Source: an uncultured Blastocatellia bacterium
GTDB lineage: Bacteria; Acidobacteriota; Blastocatellia; HR10
Reading direction: 5' to 3'
Length of the DNA stretch: 64,000 nucleotides
NCBI GenBank assembly: GCA_937934295.1
Contig: CALHAI010000018.1
Location: forward strand, 966-64,965
The notes beneath the pieces were generated by a model. The model was not told where the DNA came from. It saw only the letters and a program-made list of their open reading frames with translations, and made no database searches. Positions 52,485 to 64,000 of this stretch are shown in pieces; positions within the stretch are counted from its first letter, which is position 1; each line of letters opens with the position of its first letter. Position numbers and translations under genes: made by a program.

Positions 52485-53507
52485 TCACTCCGATCGCTGT
52501 TCCAGGCGTTCAAGCCGCTGTCTCATCTCGCGCAGCAAGCGATACATCTCGGGCAAGCGGGCAAAAAGGACCGAAGCGCGCCGCCAGAGCTTGTTCTCGA
52601 TGGCCGGATAGCCGGAGACGACGCGATTGGCTTCGACCGAGGAGGGGATGCCCGTCTGCGCCGTCGCGATCACGTTGTCACCGATGCGGAGGTGACCGGC
52701 GACGCCAACCTGCCCAGCCAGCATGACGTTGCGTCCGATCTCGGTGCTGCCGGCCAGGCCGACCTGCGCGCACAGCAGCGAATTCTCGCCCACTTTCGAT
52801 CCATGGCCGATCTGTACCAAATTGTCGATCTTCACGTGGCTGGCGATGAGCGTCTCGCCAATGGCGGCTCGGTCTATGGTGGTGTTGGCGCCGATTTCGA
52901 CCCGGTCGTGGATGATCACTCGTCCCGTTTGAGGGATCTTGTACCACCGGCCCTCGGGATCGCGGGCATATCCGAAGCCATCGGTGCCGATGCGCGCTCC
53001 GTTATGGATGATGACATGAGCGCCGATGATCGTATTCTCGCGGATAGTCACATGGGAGTGAATGATCGTATGCGCACCGATGCGGACGTTCGGATAGATC
53101 ATGCAGTGGGGATAGATCGTCACGTGGTCGCCGATCTCGCACTCGGCGGCGATGACCGTGTAGGCGCCGACCTTGACGTGGGCGCCGAGTTTCGCCGTCG
53201 GATGGACAATGGCCGTCGGATGGATCCCTGGCTCCGGCTGCGGAGCGCAAGAGAAGAGCTCCAGCGCCTTGGCGAAGGCGAAGTATGGATTGGGCGTTCG
53301 CAGCAGGGCGATGGGAGATGGGGCGAAATCCTCCGAGACGATCACGGCCGAGGCGCGCGTCGTCTTGATCAAGGGGGCGTATTTGGGATTCGCAATGAAG
53401 GTCAATTCCCCGGGCCGGGCCTCTGCGATGGGGGCGATACCGGTGATCTCGAGGTCTTCACCCTCGAGCCGAGCGCCGATGTATCGAGCGATGTCGGAGA
53501 GTCTCAT
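52485..53507 (-). CDS. lpxD: UDP-3-O-acylglucosamine N-acyltransferase
   Basis: Hexapeptide repeats, [20 protein letters not shown]. Confidence 0.96.
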   Translation of the reverse strand: MRLSDIARYIGARLEGEDLEITGIAPIAEARPGELTFIANPKYAPLIKTTRASAVIVSEDFAPSPIALLRTPNPYFAFAKALELFSCAPQPEPGIHPTAIVHPTAKLGAHVKVGAYTVIAAECEIGDHVTIYPHCMIYPNVRIGAHTIIHSHVTIRENTIIGAHVIIHNGARIGTDGFGYARDPEGRWYKIPQTGRVIIHDRVEIGANTTIDRAAIGETLIASHVKIDNLVQIGHGSKVGENSLLCAQVGLAGSTEIGRNVMLAGQVGVAGHLRIGDNVIATAQTGIPSSVEANRVVSGYPAIENKLWRRASVLFARLPEMYRLLREMRQRLERLEQRSE

Positions 53508-53560
53508 GGTTGTAAAAATTTAAGGGGACTCAGCCGGAGAGTCAAGATGGAGGGCGAGCC

Positions 53561-54445
53561 ATGTCGCGCGATCTTGTGCGCGAATTCCTGACGTATCTGC
53601 GGATCGAACGCGGGCTCTCGGCCAATACGATCGAAGCCTATCGCCGTGACCTGGAACGAGTCGCGGCATGGGCTCAGGCTGAGCGTCGGAAGGATCTCTT
53701 GAGCCTCTCGCGGGAAGACATCCGAGAGTTCCTGCGGTGGATGAGCGAGCAAGGGCTTGAGGCCAAGAGCATGGCGCGTTGTATTGTGGCGTTGAGGAAT
53801 TTCTTCAAGTTTTTGATCCTAGACGGCGTCTTGAAAAGCGATCCAACGATAAGTCTGGAGAGACCAAGATCATGGCAAGCACTCCCGAAATTCCTCTCCA
53901 TCGAGGAGGTTAATCTTCTTCTTGAACAACCCGATGTTACCCGCGATATTGGGGTTCGCGACCGTGCTATCCTCGAGGTCCTCTATGCGACAGGGTTGAG
54001 AGCCTCAGAGGTAGTTGCCCTGCGGCTTGGGGATGTTGACGTAGACAAGGGCCTCGTAATCTGTCTGGGCAAGGGGAGGAAGGAACGTTTGGTGCCACTT
54101 GGGCGATCGGCCATCGAGTGGGTCTTGAAATATCTTCCCATACGGCAGCGCTGGCTCGGACAGAAGACATCACCCTGGCTCTTCATCTCGCCGCGTGGAC
54201 GACCGCTGACGCGTCAAGCTCTGTGGAAGTTAGTCGCTCGGTACGGACGCATGGCTGGATTGGGGCGAGTCGTGCCGCACATGCTGCGGCACACCTTCGC
54301 CACCCACCTGCTGGAGCACGGAGCCGATCTGCGCTCGGTTCAGATGATGCTTGGCCATTCCGATCTGAGCACGACGCAGGTGTACACGTATATCACCAAC
54401 GAGCGGCTCCGGCAGATCTACGATCACTGTCATCCCCGAGCCTGA
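53561..54445 (+). CDS. xerD: site-specific tyrosine recombinase XerD
   Basis: [44 protein letters not shown]. Confidence 0.9.
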   Translation: MSRDLVREFLTYLRIERGLSANTIEAYRRDLERVAAWAQAERRKDLLSLSREDIREFLRWMSEQGLEAKSMARCIVALRNFFKFLILDGVLKSDPTISLERPRSWQALPKFLSIEEVNLLLEQPDVTRDIGVRDRAILEVLYATGLRASEVVALRLGDVDVDKGLVICLGKGRKERLVPLGRSAIEWVLKYLPIRQRWLGQKTSPWLFISPRGRPLTRQALWKLVARYGRMAGLGRVVPHMLRHTFATHLLEHGADLRSVQMMLGHSDLSTTQVYTYITNERLRQIYDHCHPRA

Positions 54446-54516
54446 TGGGGTGGTTTCTTGACACGCCGATCACTGGTGTGATAAAGTCTCGCGCCTGCGA
54501 ATCCAGAGGGGGAGGC

Positions 54517-56933
<2,417 letters not shown>

Positions 56934-56985
56934 GGACGTGTGGTCATGTCATAAGATTTCTTATCAGACCCAAAGCCAGAGACCT

Positions 56986-57792
56986 GTGAGTTCCCCTCCC
57001 CACAGCTCACAAAGAACGTCTGTGCTACTGGCCGTCCTCCTGGGGATCGCTCCGACTTCGTTCGCTCAAAGCACGGAGCGCGCCCTCAAAGCCCAGACCA
57101 ACCAGAAGCCAGCCGCAACGACAGATCAAGGAGAGTGGGTCATCGCCGCTTATCTCGGCGGTGGTCGCACCGCTTCCTCGATACTGCGGATCAGTCAGCC
57201 GGCGTTGAACACGGATCTCGTTTTCGAGGCCGTGCGCTTTGAGGGCCGTTCGTTCGATCCACCACTCTATTACGGCGTGCGCACGAGCCGCTTCATTCGC
57301 GGATTTTTGGGCATCGAGGCCGAATTCATCCACCTGAAGGTCTATTCCGATCCCACGCAGCGAGTGCGTGTGACGGGCCGGCATCGTGGCGTTGGGCTTG
57401 AGCAGGAGCTTCCTCTCGGCCAGATCGTCCAGGAGTATTCGATCTCCCACGGCCTCAATCTCCTCCTTGTCAACCTCGTCGCTCGCGCGCGAATGCTCCG
57501 AAGCCCAAACGCCCCTTGCGGCCGCCTCCTGCTGGGCGCGCGCTTCGGTCTCGGTCCGACGATTCCTCACACGGAGAGCACGATCGAAGGCGAACGCCAG
57601 CAACAATACGAATGGGGACGCGCCGTATGGCAATGGAGCGCGGGAGTGGAGCTTCACGTATGGCGAGGTTTATATGCTCTCGGCGAGTACAAATTCACGC
57701 GCACGCGACAGCGGGGCGCGATCTTTGCCGGCTTCGCCGAATCGCTCCTGCGCGCGCACCACGGCATCTTCGGCCTGAGCTATCACTTTTGA
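56986..57792 (+). CDS. outer-membrane beta-barrel, LpxQ-like
   Basis: Signal peptide (..TSFA-QS), SFDPPLYYGVR, HLKVY, HGLNLL, IPH.E, GEYKFT, terminal aromatic YHF; start uncertain. Confidence 0.55.
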   Translation: MSSPPHSSQRTSVLLAVLLGIAPTSFAQSTERALKAQTNQKPAATTDQGEWVIAAYLGGGRTASSILRISQPALNTDLVFEAVRFEGRSFDPPLYYGVRTSRFIRGFLGIEAEFIHLKVYSDPTQRVRVTGRHRGVGLEQELPLGQIVQEYSISHGLNLLLVNLVARARMLRSPNAPCGRLLLGARFGLGPTIPHTESTIEGERQQQYEWGRAVWQWSAGVELHVWRGLYALGEYKFTRTRQRGAIFAGFAESLLRAHHGIFGLSYHF

Positions 57793-57811
57793 GGAATTGA
57801 ATGTCCCCTTC

Positions 57812-57844
57812 CCTCCTCACCTCGACGTCAAGAAGAAGTGAGGA
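57812..57844. terminator. possible hairpin between convergent genes
   Basis: TCCTCAC...GTGAGGA stem followed by an A-run (T-run on the minus strand). Confidence 0.35.
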
Positions 57845-57856
57845 AAAGCCCTCTGA

Positions 57857-59461
57857 TCAGCGAGGAATCGCCAACACCTCAATGAGTATCGAGACGGCCA
57901 CCATCCCCACGAAGGCAAGAAGGAGCAAAAGACTCCAGCGACGGACGAGTTGACCAAAAAGGAGGCGCCGCTCACCCCACAGCATCTCAGGCGCGGAGTC
58001 GTGAACGGATGCTCGAAAAAGCAGACTCAGAAGGTAACCGACGGCGAACGCGATGCCACACCCGATGGCATTCCACCAAAGCCAAGAGACGGAAGGAAAG
58101 AAGAGCCAGAGAATGATGTTCACCGCAACACCCGCTATGAGGCCCGCGATCGCACCATGTTGATTCGTGCGCTTCGTCCACAAGCCGAGCAAAAAGACGG
58201 CCAGCGTCGGTCCGTAGAAAGCGGAACCGATCATGTTGATCAATTCGATCACGGTCGCCTCCGCTCGACTCATCCAGAATCCACTGGCCGTGCAAAAGAC
58301 GCCCCAGATAGCAGTATAGAGTCGAGACCACCTGAGGGATTGCCGCTCGGACAGGTGTCCCAACTTCCCGCCTCGCCCAAGGAGATCTCTCATTGTCACG
58401 GCGCTCATCGAATTGAACGCCGAATCCAAACTCGACATGGCCGCGGCAAAAATGCCCGCCATCACCAACCCCGTGATGCCGGGAGATAGATACTCGACCA
58501 TAAAGAGTGGGACCAGATAGTCGGGATGCTCAGCCGGAATTCTTCGAGCGAAGTCCGGCTGATGCGTCAAGAAGGCCGCCAACAGCACGCCGAACAAGCA
58601 GTAGAGCAGCACGAGCGGAAATCGCAGTAGGCCGTTCAAGAACAAGGCGCGCTGCGATTCCCTCACGGTCTCGGACGTGAGCAACCGCTGCGCCTGACTC
58701 TGATCGCATCCATAGTAAGAGACGTAGAGGAACACTCCGCCAATGAGCATGGGCCAGAAAGAAAAGGTTTCTCCATCGCCGAGTCCATGATTCTTGAAGT
58801 CGAGCGCCTGAAGCCTTTCGGGATTGACCAGAGCGATCGCCTCGCGCGCATCTCCAATAAGCCACAGCACGCTGATGATGCCAGCAATCGTTCCCACCGC
58901 GAGAATGAGGAGCTGGAGCACGTCCGAGTAGATATCCGCCTTGATGCCGCCGACCGTCGTATAGAGCACCGTGATCGCGCCGACCAACAGCATCGTTTCG
59001 GCAAGTGGCAACCGGAGACACACCGAGAGCACGATGGAGGCCGCATAGAGGCTGACTCCTGTGCTCAACCCCCGGCTGATCAGAAAAATCAAACTGAGCG
59101 CCGATCGCGCCGCCGGTCCAAAACGCCGCTCAAGGTATTCGTAGATCGTGATGATGCGCAGGCGATGGAAGATCGGAACGAAAAAGACGATCAGACCGAT
59201 CATCGCCAGCGGCACGGCGAATTCATACTGCAGCCAACGCAGTCCGCCTCCCGCTTTGAGGGCGACGAAGGCCGGAGCACCGATCAAACTCACCGCGCTC
59301 ACCTGCGTCGCCATGATCGAACCGGCAATCGCCCAAGAGGAGATCTTGCGCCCACCCAGAAAATAGTCCACCGGCGAGCGCTGGCCTCGCGCCAAGGCGA
59401 AGCTCATGATGACAATGGCCGCCAGATAAGCTCCCAAAACGAGCCAGTCCAGTCTCGTCAT
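57857..59461 (-). CDS. sodium:solute symporter family protein
   Basis: DYFLGGR, YEYLERRFG, DQSQAQR, AAAMSSLDS; about 13 TM. Confidence 0.92.
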   Translation of the reverse strand: MTRLDWLVLGAYLAAIVIMSFALARGQRSPVDYFLGGRKISSWAIAGSIMATQVSAVSLIGAPAFVALKAGGGLRWLQYEFAVPLAMIGLIVFFVPIFHRLRIITIYEYLERRFGPAARSALSLIFLISRGLSTGVSLYAASIVLSVCLRLPLAETMLLVGAITVLYTTVGGIKADIYSDVLQLLILAVGTIAGIISVLWLIGDAREAIALVNPERLQALDFKNHGLGDGETFSFWPMLIGGVFLYVSYYGCDQSQAQRLLTSETVRESQRALFLNGLLRFPLVLLYCLFGVLLAAFLTHQPDFARRIPAEHPDYLVPLFMVEYLSPGITGLVMAGIFAAAMSSLDSAFNSMSAVTMRDLLGRGGKLGHLSERQSLRWSRLYTAIWGVFCTASGFWMSRAEATVIELINMIGSAFYGPTLAVFLLGLWTKRTNQHGAIAGLIAGVAVNIILWLFFPSVSWLWWNAIGCGIAFAVGYLLSLLFRASVHDSAPEMLWGERRLLFGQLVRRWSLLLLLAFVGMVAVSILIEVLAIPR

Positions 59462-59529
59462 GGTGTCGCCATCTCAAAATACGAGCGCTCAGAAGACGTG
59501 GCATTGCAGGACGGTCCCATCCGCCACGC

Positions 59530-61425
59530 TCACCTGGTCCACATTTCCGGTTCCGGAATCGGGTTTCGCCAACGTCCCACCCCCTTATGTGAAGATCTCT
59601 CCAGACCGGATCCTCGAAGATCGCCCATCTTCGACAGGGTATTTAGGGCATTCCTTGCCCAGAGAGAGATCGCTTCTTCGATGGAGACGACCTCCGCTCC
59701 AGTATAATAGGCGGCGAGAATTTCGCGAAATGTCTGGCCGCTGCGGCCCCGACCGTGCGCGCCGTATTGGCTCATGCCGACGTTGTGCCCCCAACCGCCG
59801 CCGAAGAGATCGAAACTCACCGTCCCATCAGCCTCCCTCCGCGAAACGATGGCGCTCGGACTGTTGAAGAGTTGGAAGAAATCCCTCAGCGATTGCCATC
59901 CCTGCAAAATGAACATCCCGCGCTCGCCCACGATCTGTAGTCGGGCGATGCGCCCCGACGGGCTCCGAAGCAGCGGAATCAGCGCCGTGATCGGACCGAG
60001 CGAGATGCCGTACGTGCCGAGCAGCCGGTCGGCGATGAACGCAGCGGAACGACTGCTCACCCACCGGTAGCGCGAATTTCCGCTTCGTCCCGGACTGTCG
60101 AAGTGGTCCCACACCTGACTGTAGAAGAGGAACGCGCCTTCGTCCAACGTGAGGTCCACGGGAACCGGGAAATCTGCGTCGTGAACGGCGCGCAGGGCCG
60201 GATGCGCATTCGTTCCCGGGAGCTGGTCCGAGGGCGAGTTGAAGATCCACTCGTTGCTTTCCGTATGCCCGCCCATCGAGGACGAGTAGAACGTGGGCAC
60301 AAGAGCTCCATCCCGAACGACGACGAGACCGCGCGTGTCCTGAACGGCTGCATTTCCCCTGGGATGTTCGCAGAGCACGCCCCGATAGACCTGCGAGCGA
60401 GTCGAATCATCCAGATCGAATCCCCGGTCAGCAAAGCGACCGATATTGGCCAGAGCAAATGTGCGCGCGGCCACCGCTTGCGCTCGCAATGCCTGGGAAT
60501 GAAAAGATGCCGGCATTTCGTTCGTGACGACGCCCTGGAGATACTCCTCCAGATCGAGGACGTTGATGAGCCGAAGCTCTGGTTCCTCGGTTTGAAAACT
60601 TGGCCCGTCCGGGGACGGCGCGCGCACTTCCGCCTCGGCGAAGCTCCGGCTGTGGCGAATCTCCAGCACGCCGCGATAGCGCGGCGGTTCAAACGGATTT
60701 CCCGCTCGATTGAGATTCCGGCGGCGCAAGCTGGTGACAATCCAAAAAACATTATCAGACATAGGTGCTACACAAAGGGCCATGGGACCTATGAAGCTCC
60801 CCCAAGAGGCCGTGACGATGATCCCTTCTGAAGCCGCGGTGAAGGAGAATTCTCCTCCCGCCTGCCCAAACGCAATCGGCCTGGCCGCGCCTCCGCAAAG
60901 CGCCTGGACAGCGTCCGGAGCCCCTTGAGTCGCATACCTCGGGAATAGTTCCATGAGCACGAAAGGCCCCGTGGCCGTGAGCGTAATATGCCGGTGCCGC
61001 TGCTGAGTGCTTAGATCAAACTCGGCGAGCACATCTCCAGAAGTTGAGAAGCGCGTCGGATTCAATCCGATGCGAATCGTGCGCACGGGCAACACCTGCG
61101 CCTGGAGGCGAATGGGACCCCACTCCGGTCGCGCTCCCGAGGCGAAAGAAAATCCCTCCATCTCCTTCAACTTCCAGAAGACCTCAGCGTCCTGGTTCGC
61201 CGGGGGCTCCTTGGCCAGCTGATTGGCCGTGGAGGTTCTCCCTCTCGATCTCTGAGCATCGAGGAGAAAGAGCGCGCGCCCGTGGCTCGATGCGCCTCTG
61301 GCGAGTGCTGGACGTCCAAGGGTCGGATCGAGGGAAGCCGATCGAGGGCCTCGCGCGGAGGAGACAAGGAGCATTCCCACAAGCCCCACCAGACAAGCCA
61401 TCAGTGACCACCTCATCGTGCCCAT
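59530..61425 (-). CDS. SpoIID/LytB-domain lytic transglycosylase, exported
   Basis: EEYLQGVV.NEM, AQAVAART, SQVYRG, G.GHNVGMSQYGA; start uncertain (61416-61458). Confidence 0.88.
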   Translation of the reverse strand: MGTMRWSLMACLVGLVGMLLVSSARGPRSASLDPTLGRPALARGASSHGRALFLLDAQRSRGRTSTANQLAKEPPANQDAEVFWKLKEMEGFSFASGARPEWGPIRLQAQVLPVRTIRIGLNPTRFSTSGDVLAEFDLSTQQRHRHITLTATGPFVLMELFPRYATQGAPDAVQALCGGAARPIAFGQAGGEFSFTAASEGIIVTASWGSFIGPMALCVAPMSDNVFWIVTSLRRRNLNRAGNPFEPPRYRGVLEIRHSRSFAEAEVRAPSPDGPSFQTEEPELRLINVLDLEEYLQGVVTNEMPASFHSQALRAQAVAARTFALANIGRFADRGFDLDDSTRSQVYRGVLCEHPRGNAAVQDTRGLVVVRDGALVPTFYSSSMGGHTESNEWIFNSPSDQLPGTNAHPALRAVHDADFPVPVDLTLDEGAFLFYSQVWDHFDSPGRSGNSRYRWVSSRSAAFIADRLLGTYGISLGPITALIPLLRSPSGRIARLQIVGERGMFILQGWQSLRDFFQLFNSPSAIVSRREADGTVSFDLFGGGWGHNVGMSQYGAHGRGRSGQTFREILAAYYTGAEVVSIEEAISLWARNALNTLSKMGDLRGSGLERSSHKGVGRWRNPIPEPEMWTR

Positions 61426-61514
61426 CACCTCATCCGACGATGAAGCCATCGTTGTCAATCGAGCTGATGGGGAGATCCGTGAGCATCGGTATTATACCCA
61501 CTGATCCTCTGGGT

Positions 61515-61590
61515 TGGCTCCTCAGGGAGGACTCGAACCTCCAACCCGCCGGTTAACAGCCGGCCGCTCTGCCAATTGAGCTACTGAGGA
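61515..61590 (-). tRNA. tRNA-Asn (GTT)
   Basis: Reverse complement TCCTCAGTAGCTCAATTGGCAGAGC...CTGTTAA...GTTCGAGTC...GCCA; 76 nt. Confidence 0.97.
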
Positions 61591-61604
61591 GCACTGCGAA
61601 AAGC

Positions 61605-61634
61605 AGCTTAGCAGAAGGAAGGCGCCGTTGTCAA
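61605..61634 (-). promoter_or_regulatory. sigma70-type promoter of tRNA-Asn
   Basis: TTGACA-N18-TAAGCT on the minus strand. Confidence 0.6.
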
Positions 61635-61681
61635 TAAGCGCGATGATGAGCGACCCGGTTTCGATCTGGTGGAGAGGGCGC

Positions 61682-62362
61682 CTAGAGGAGCTCATCCCTC
61701 CCCTGCTCTTCTGAACGCCAGACGTAGATCTCGCGAGCCGTCTCTTCGTCCAAAGCGATCTCCGCCTCCTCGCACTGAAGGACGATGCTCGGCCACTTTT
61801 GCAGAAGCTTGATGGAGACGCCCGGCAGAATGCCCAAGGCGGAGAGCTTCAAAAGGCGGGGATGCGAGCGCGTGTTCACATAGGCGACGCGCGCCGTCTC
61901 TCCGAGCGCCAAGCGATCACAGGGGACGACGAGGGCGTTCACCTGCTCTTCAGCCTGTCGGCAACAGGCACCTTCGGGGATCGGACGCCCATGCGGACAC
62001 ACGCGCGGATGGCCAAGCAGCGTACAGATCGCTCGCGTGATCCCCTCAGCAATGAAATGCTCGAATTCGCACGCGGCCGCTTCGGTCTCGTCCACATCCA
62101 CGCCTAGAATGTCGCACATCAATCGTTCGGCCAACCGATGTCGGCGGATGATGGGCATGGCCACCGAACGTCCTTTCGGTGTGAGGCGCAGATGCCCCGA
62201 GGGCTGCCAGGCAATGAGTCCCGCACCAACGGCGCGCTCCAGAAGCCGATCCGTCACCTCCGTATGAGCGATCCGACGGACATCTTGCGGGAGCGCTCCC
62301 CCTTGCTCCTCCAATGTCCATAAGGCTTCGAGCAGCTCGCTCAGTTCCCAATCCACCTCCAT
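61682..62362 (-). CDS. DtxR/MntR-family metal-dependent regulator with C-terminal FeoA domain
   Basis: RRHRLAERL, ACEFEH, LGHP..CPHG.PIP, L.ALGILPG. Confidence 0.9.
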   Translation of the reverse strand: MEVDWELSELLEALWTLEEQGGALPQDVRRIAHTEVTDRLLERAVGAGLIAWQPSGHLRLTPKGRSVAMPIIRRHRLAERLMCDILGVDVDETEAAACEFEHFIAEGITRAICTLLGHPRVCPHGRPIPEGACCRQAEEQVNALVVPCDRLALGETARVAYVNTRSHPRLLKLSALGILPGVSIKLLQKWPSIVLQCEEAEIALDEETAREIYVWRSEEQGRDELL

Positions 62363-62372
62363 GATCCCCCTC

Positions 62373-64000
62373 TTACGAGAACACACCGAGCGCCTTCAAG
62401 AGCCGTCCGAGTATCCCCCCAATGGCGAAGGCGAAGGGGAGGATGAAGCCGACGATGGCGAAGGCTCGTTTCCACCCCTGCTCCCTCACGATGATGAGGA
62501 GATTCGCCAGGCAGGGGACAAAGAGCGTGATCGTGACCAAAGCGACGATGACCTGCGTCGTCGTCAAGGCGCCTTGACGCGCCAGGTCGAACAGCCCGGC
62601 GGCTCCGTAATCCCGCCGCAAGAAGCCCATGACGAACACGCGGGCGGCCTCCGCCGGCAGAGAGAGCCAGCCGACGACGAGCGGACGCAGGCCGTGTTCG
62701 ATCCACTCGATCCCCGTCCGCGCACCAAACCGCACCTGATCCAAGAGAAAGAGTGCCGACGTCGCCAACAAAAAGAGCGGCACGACCTCGCCCAAGAACC
62801 AGCGCAAGCGCAGTCCCGTCTTCAACAGGATGTTTCGCAAGATCGGGACGCGGAGTGGCGGAAGCTCGAAGATGAAATCGCTCCGCTCGCCCGGGATCAC
62901 TCGCGCCGCGAGGTGTCCGACGAGCACAAGCTGCGAAGCGACAACCCCAAGCACTGTGAGCGTCACCGCAGGGGAATAGGCGGCGGCGATTCCGAGGATC
63001 ACGCCCAACTGGGCTGAGCAAGGGACGCCGAGCGCCAGAAGGAGCGTCGCAATCAGCCGCTCTCGCGGGGAGTTCAGAATGCGCGTGGTCATCGTCGCCA
63101 TCGTATCGCATCCGAGGCCAAGCACCATCGGCAAGACAGCCTTCCCATTGAGTCCCATCAATCGCAGTAACCGATCCGACAGGATCGCCAGACGCGGCAG
63201 ATACCCACTGTCTTCTAACACACCGAAGGCGAGGAAGAATGTCCCTACGACGGGCAGAATAATGGCGAGGGCATAGGTGAGCCCCATGGAGATGAGCCCA
63301 TAAGGGCCTACGAGCAACTCGTGGAGGAAGCCTGAAGGGATCCGAGATCGAAGCCAAGGGATAAGATACGTGCCGAAAAGGACGTCCTCCAACGCGCCCA
63401 CGAGCGTTTGCGCTCCCGTGTACCCGACCAGTTCGTAAACGAGGATCAACATCACTCCGAGAATCGGAATGCCGGTCATCGGTTGGCGCGTCCATCGCCC
63501 CAACTGGTGAAGGAAGCGCGCGCTGTGCCGCATGAGTACGAAGGCAGGAACAAGAAGCGGGGCTAGGAGCACGAGCACGCGCACAGCTTCAACCAGCAAT
63601 CCGTATTCGGGCTTGGCCGGATGACCGAAGAAGAGGCGATGCATGAGATCTAGCCGATGCGCGTGGAAGAGGGCCCACGTGGGTTCGGCCACATATCGCA
63701 AAAGGAGATGGCCAAGCCACATGGCGGGAGTCGGCCAAAGGAGGCGTCCGCCGAGCTCCTCCCAGACCAAGAGGCCCACGCCGCAAAAGAGCAGCCCCAT
63801 CCACATTCGAAAGGCCGAAGGCGTCAGCTCGCGTCGCGGCTGCGCCCCCCCCTCCTTTCTGAGGGTGAGAACCGCCTCCTCCAAAAACCGCGCGCGAGCG
63901 CGTTCAAGCGCCCAACAGAGCGAGCGTGGGGTCGAACACCCATGGCATCCCCTCGGCGCAGACGAAGGCTCTAGGGCAGGCCGTACATGGGAGAGGCGCG
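62373..64000 (-). CDS. feoB: ferrous iron transporter FeoB (5' end beyond window edge)
   Basis: LEDSGYLPR, GL.GKA..P..LG.GC, PCSAQ, F.FELP; frame stays open to the window edge. Confidence 0.92.
   Translation of the reverse strand, partial: RLSHVRPALEPSSAPRGCHGCSTPRSLCWALERARARFLEEAVLTLRKEGGAQPRRELTPSAFRMWMGLLFCGVGLLVWEELGGRLLWPTPAMWLGHLLLRYVAEPTWALFHAHRLDLMHRLFFGHPAKPEYGLLVEAVRVLVLLAPLLVPAFVLMRHSARFLHQLGRWTRQPMTGIPILGVMLILVYELVGYTGAQTLVGALEDVLFGTYLIPWLRSRIPSGFLHELLVGPYGLISMGLTYALAIILPVVGTFFLAFGVLEDSGYLPRLAILSDRLLRLMGLNGKAVLPMVLGLGCDTMATMTTRILNSPRERLIATLLLALGVPCSAQLGVILGIAAAYSPAVTLTVLGVVASQLVLVGHLAARVIPGERSDFIFELPPLRVPILRNILLKTGLRLRWFLGEVVPLFLLATSALFLLDQVRFGARTGIEWIEHGLRPLVVGWLSLPAEAARVFVMGFLRRDYGAAGLFDLARQGALTTTQVIVALVTITLFVPCLANLLIIVREQGWKRAFAIVGFILPFAFAIGGILGRLLKALGVFS

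Noticed and set aside
54446-54516. SAM riboswitch upstream of metK
   Set aside because: The spacer is only about 70 bp and is occupied by a TTGACA promoter candidate and the SD.
56986-61514. Possible old island downstream of tRNA-Asn
   Set aside because: No integrase and no repeat of the tRNA 3' end; the compositional difference is slight.

Overview
GC-rich bacterial chromosomal window, almost all housekeeping genes. Gene content and protein style suggest a thermophilic Acidobacteriota (Blastocatellia-like) organism; this is inference. It contains: a beta-oxidation operon (fadD-fadN-fadA-acyl-CoA dehydrogenase), LPS genes (lpxK, waaA, lpxD, fused lptFG), ppdK, recO, purL, purC, efp, a 2-oxoacid dehydrogenase E1a/E1b/E2 cluster with lipB, greA, thiC, uvrA, gdh, tolQRAB-pal-cpoB-ssb, recN, miaB, parAB, xerD, metK-ahcY, feoB with a DtxR-type regulator, tRNA-Phe and tRNA-Asn. 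The one accessory patch is at about 29.6-32.1 kb. It is a TTAA-flanked, inverted-repeat-bounded tandem of two non-autonomous elements with multi-box ends of about 75 bp. It carries a transposase fragment, a decayed YhfC gene followed by an attC-like relic, an orphan nfeD and heptamer-repeat hairpins. The most notable genes are a full-motif tetraether-synthase (Tes/GDGT-MAS)-like radical SAM enzyme in an LPS-making bacterium, an S41 protease lacking both catalytic residues, EF-P with a PGNW tip, a LipB-NudB-like fusion, a Pal extended by two Ig-like repeats, an LpxQ-like barrel and a FeoB with an apparently duplicated membrane segment. All calls come from reading motifs by eye; no searches were run.
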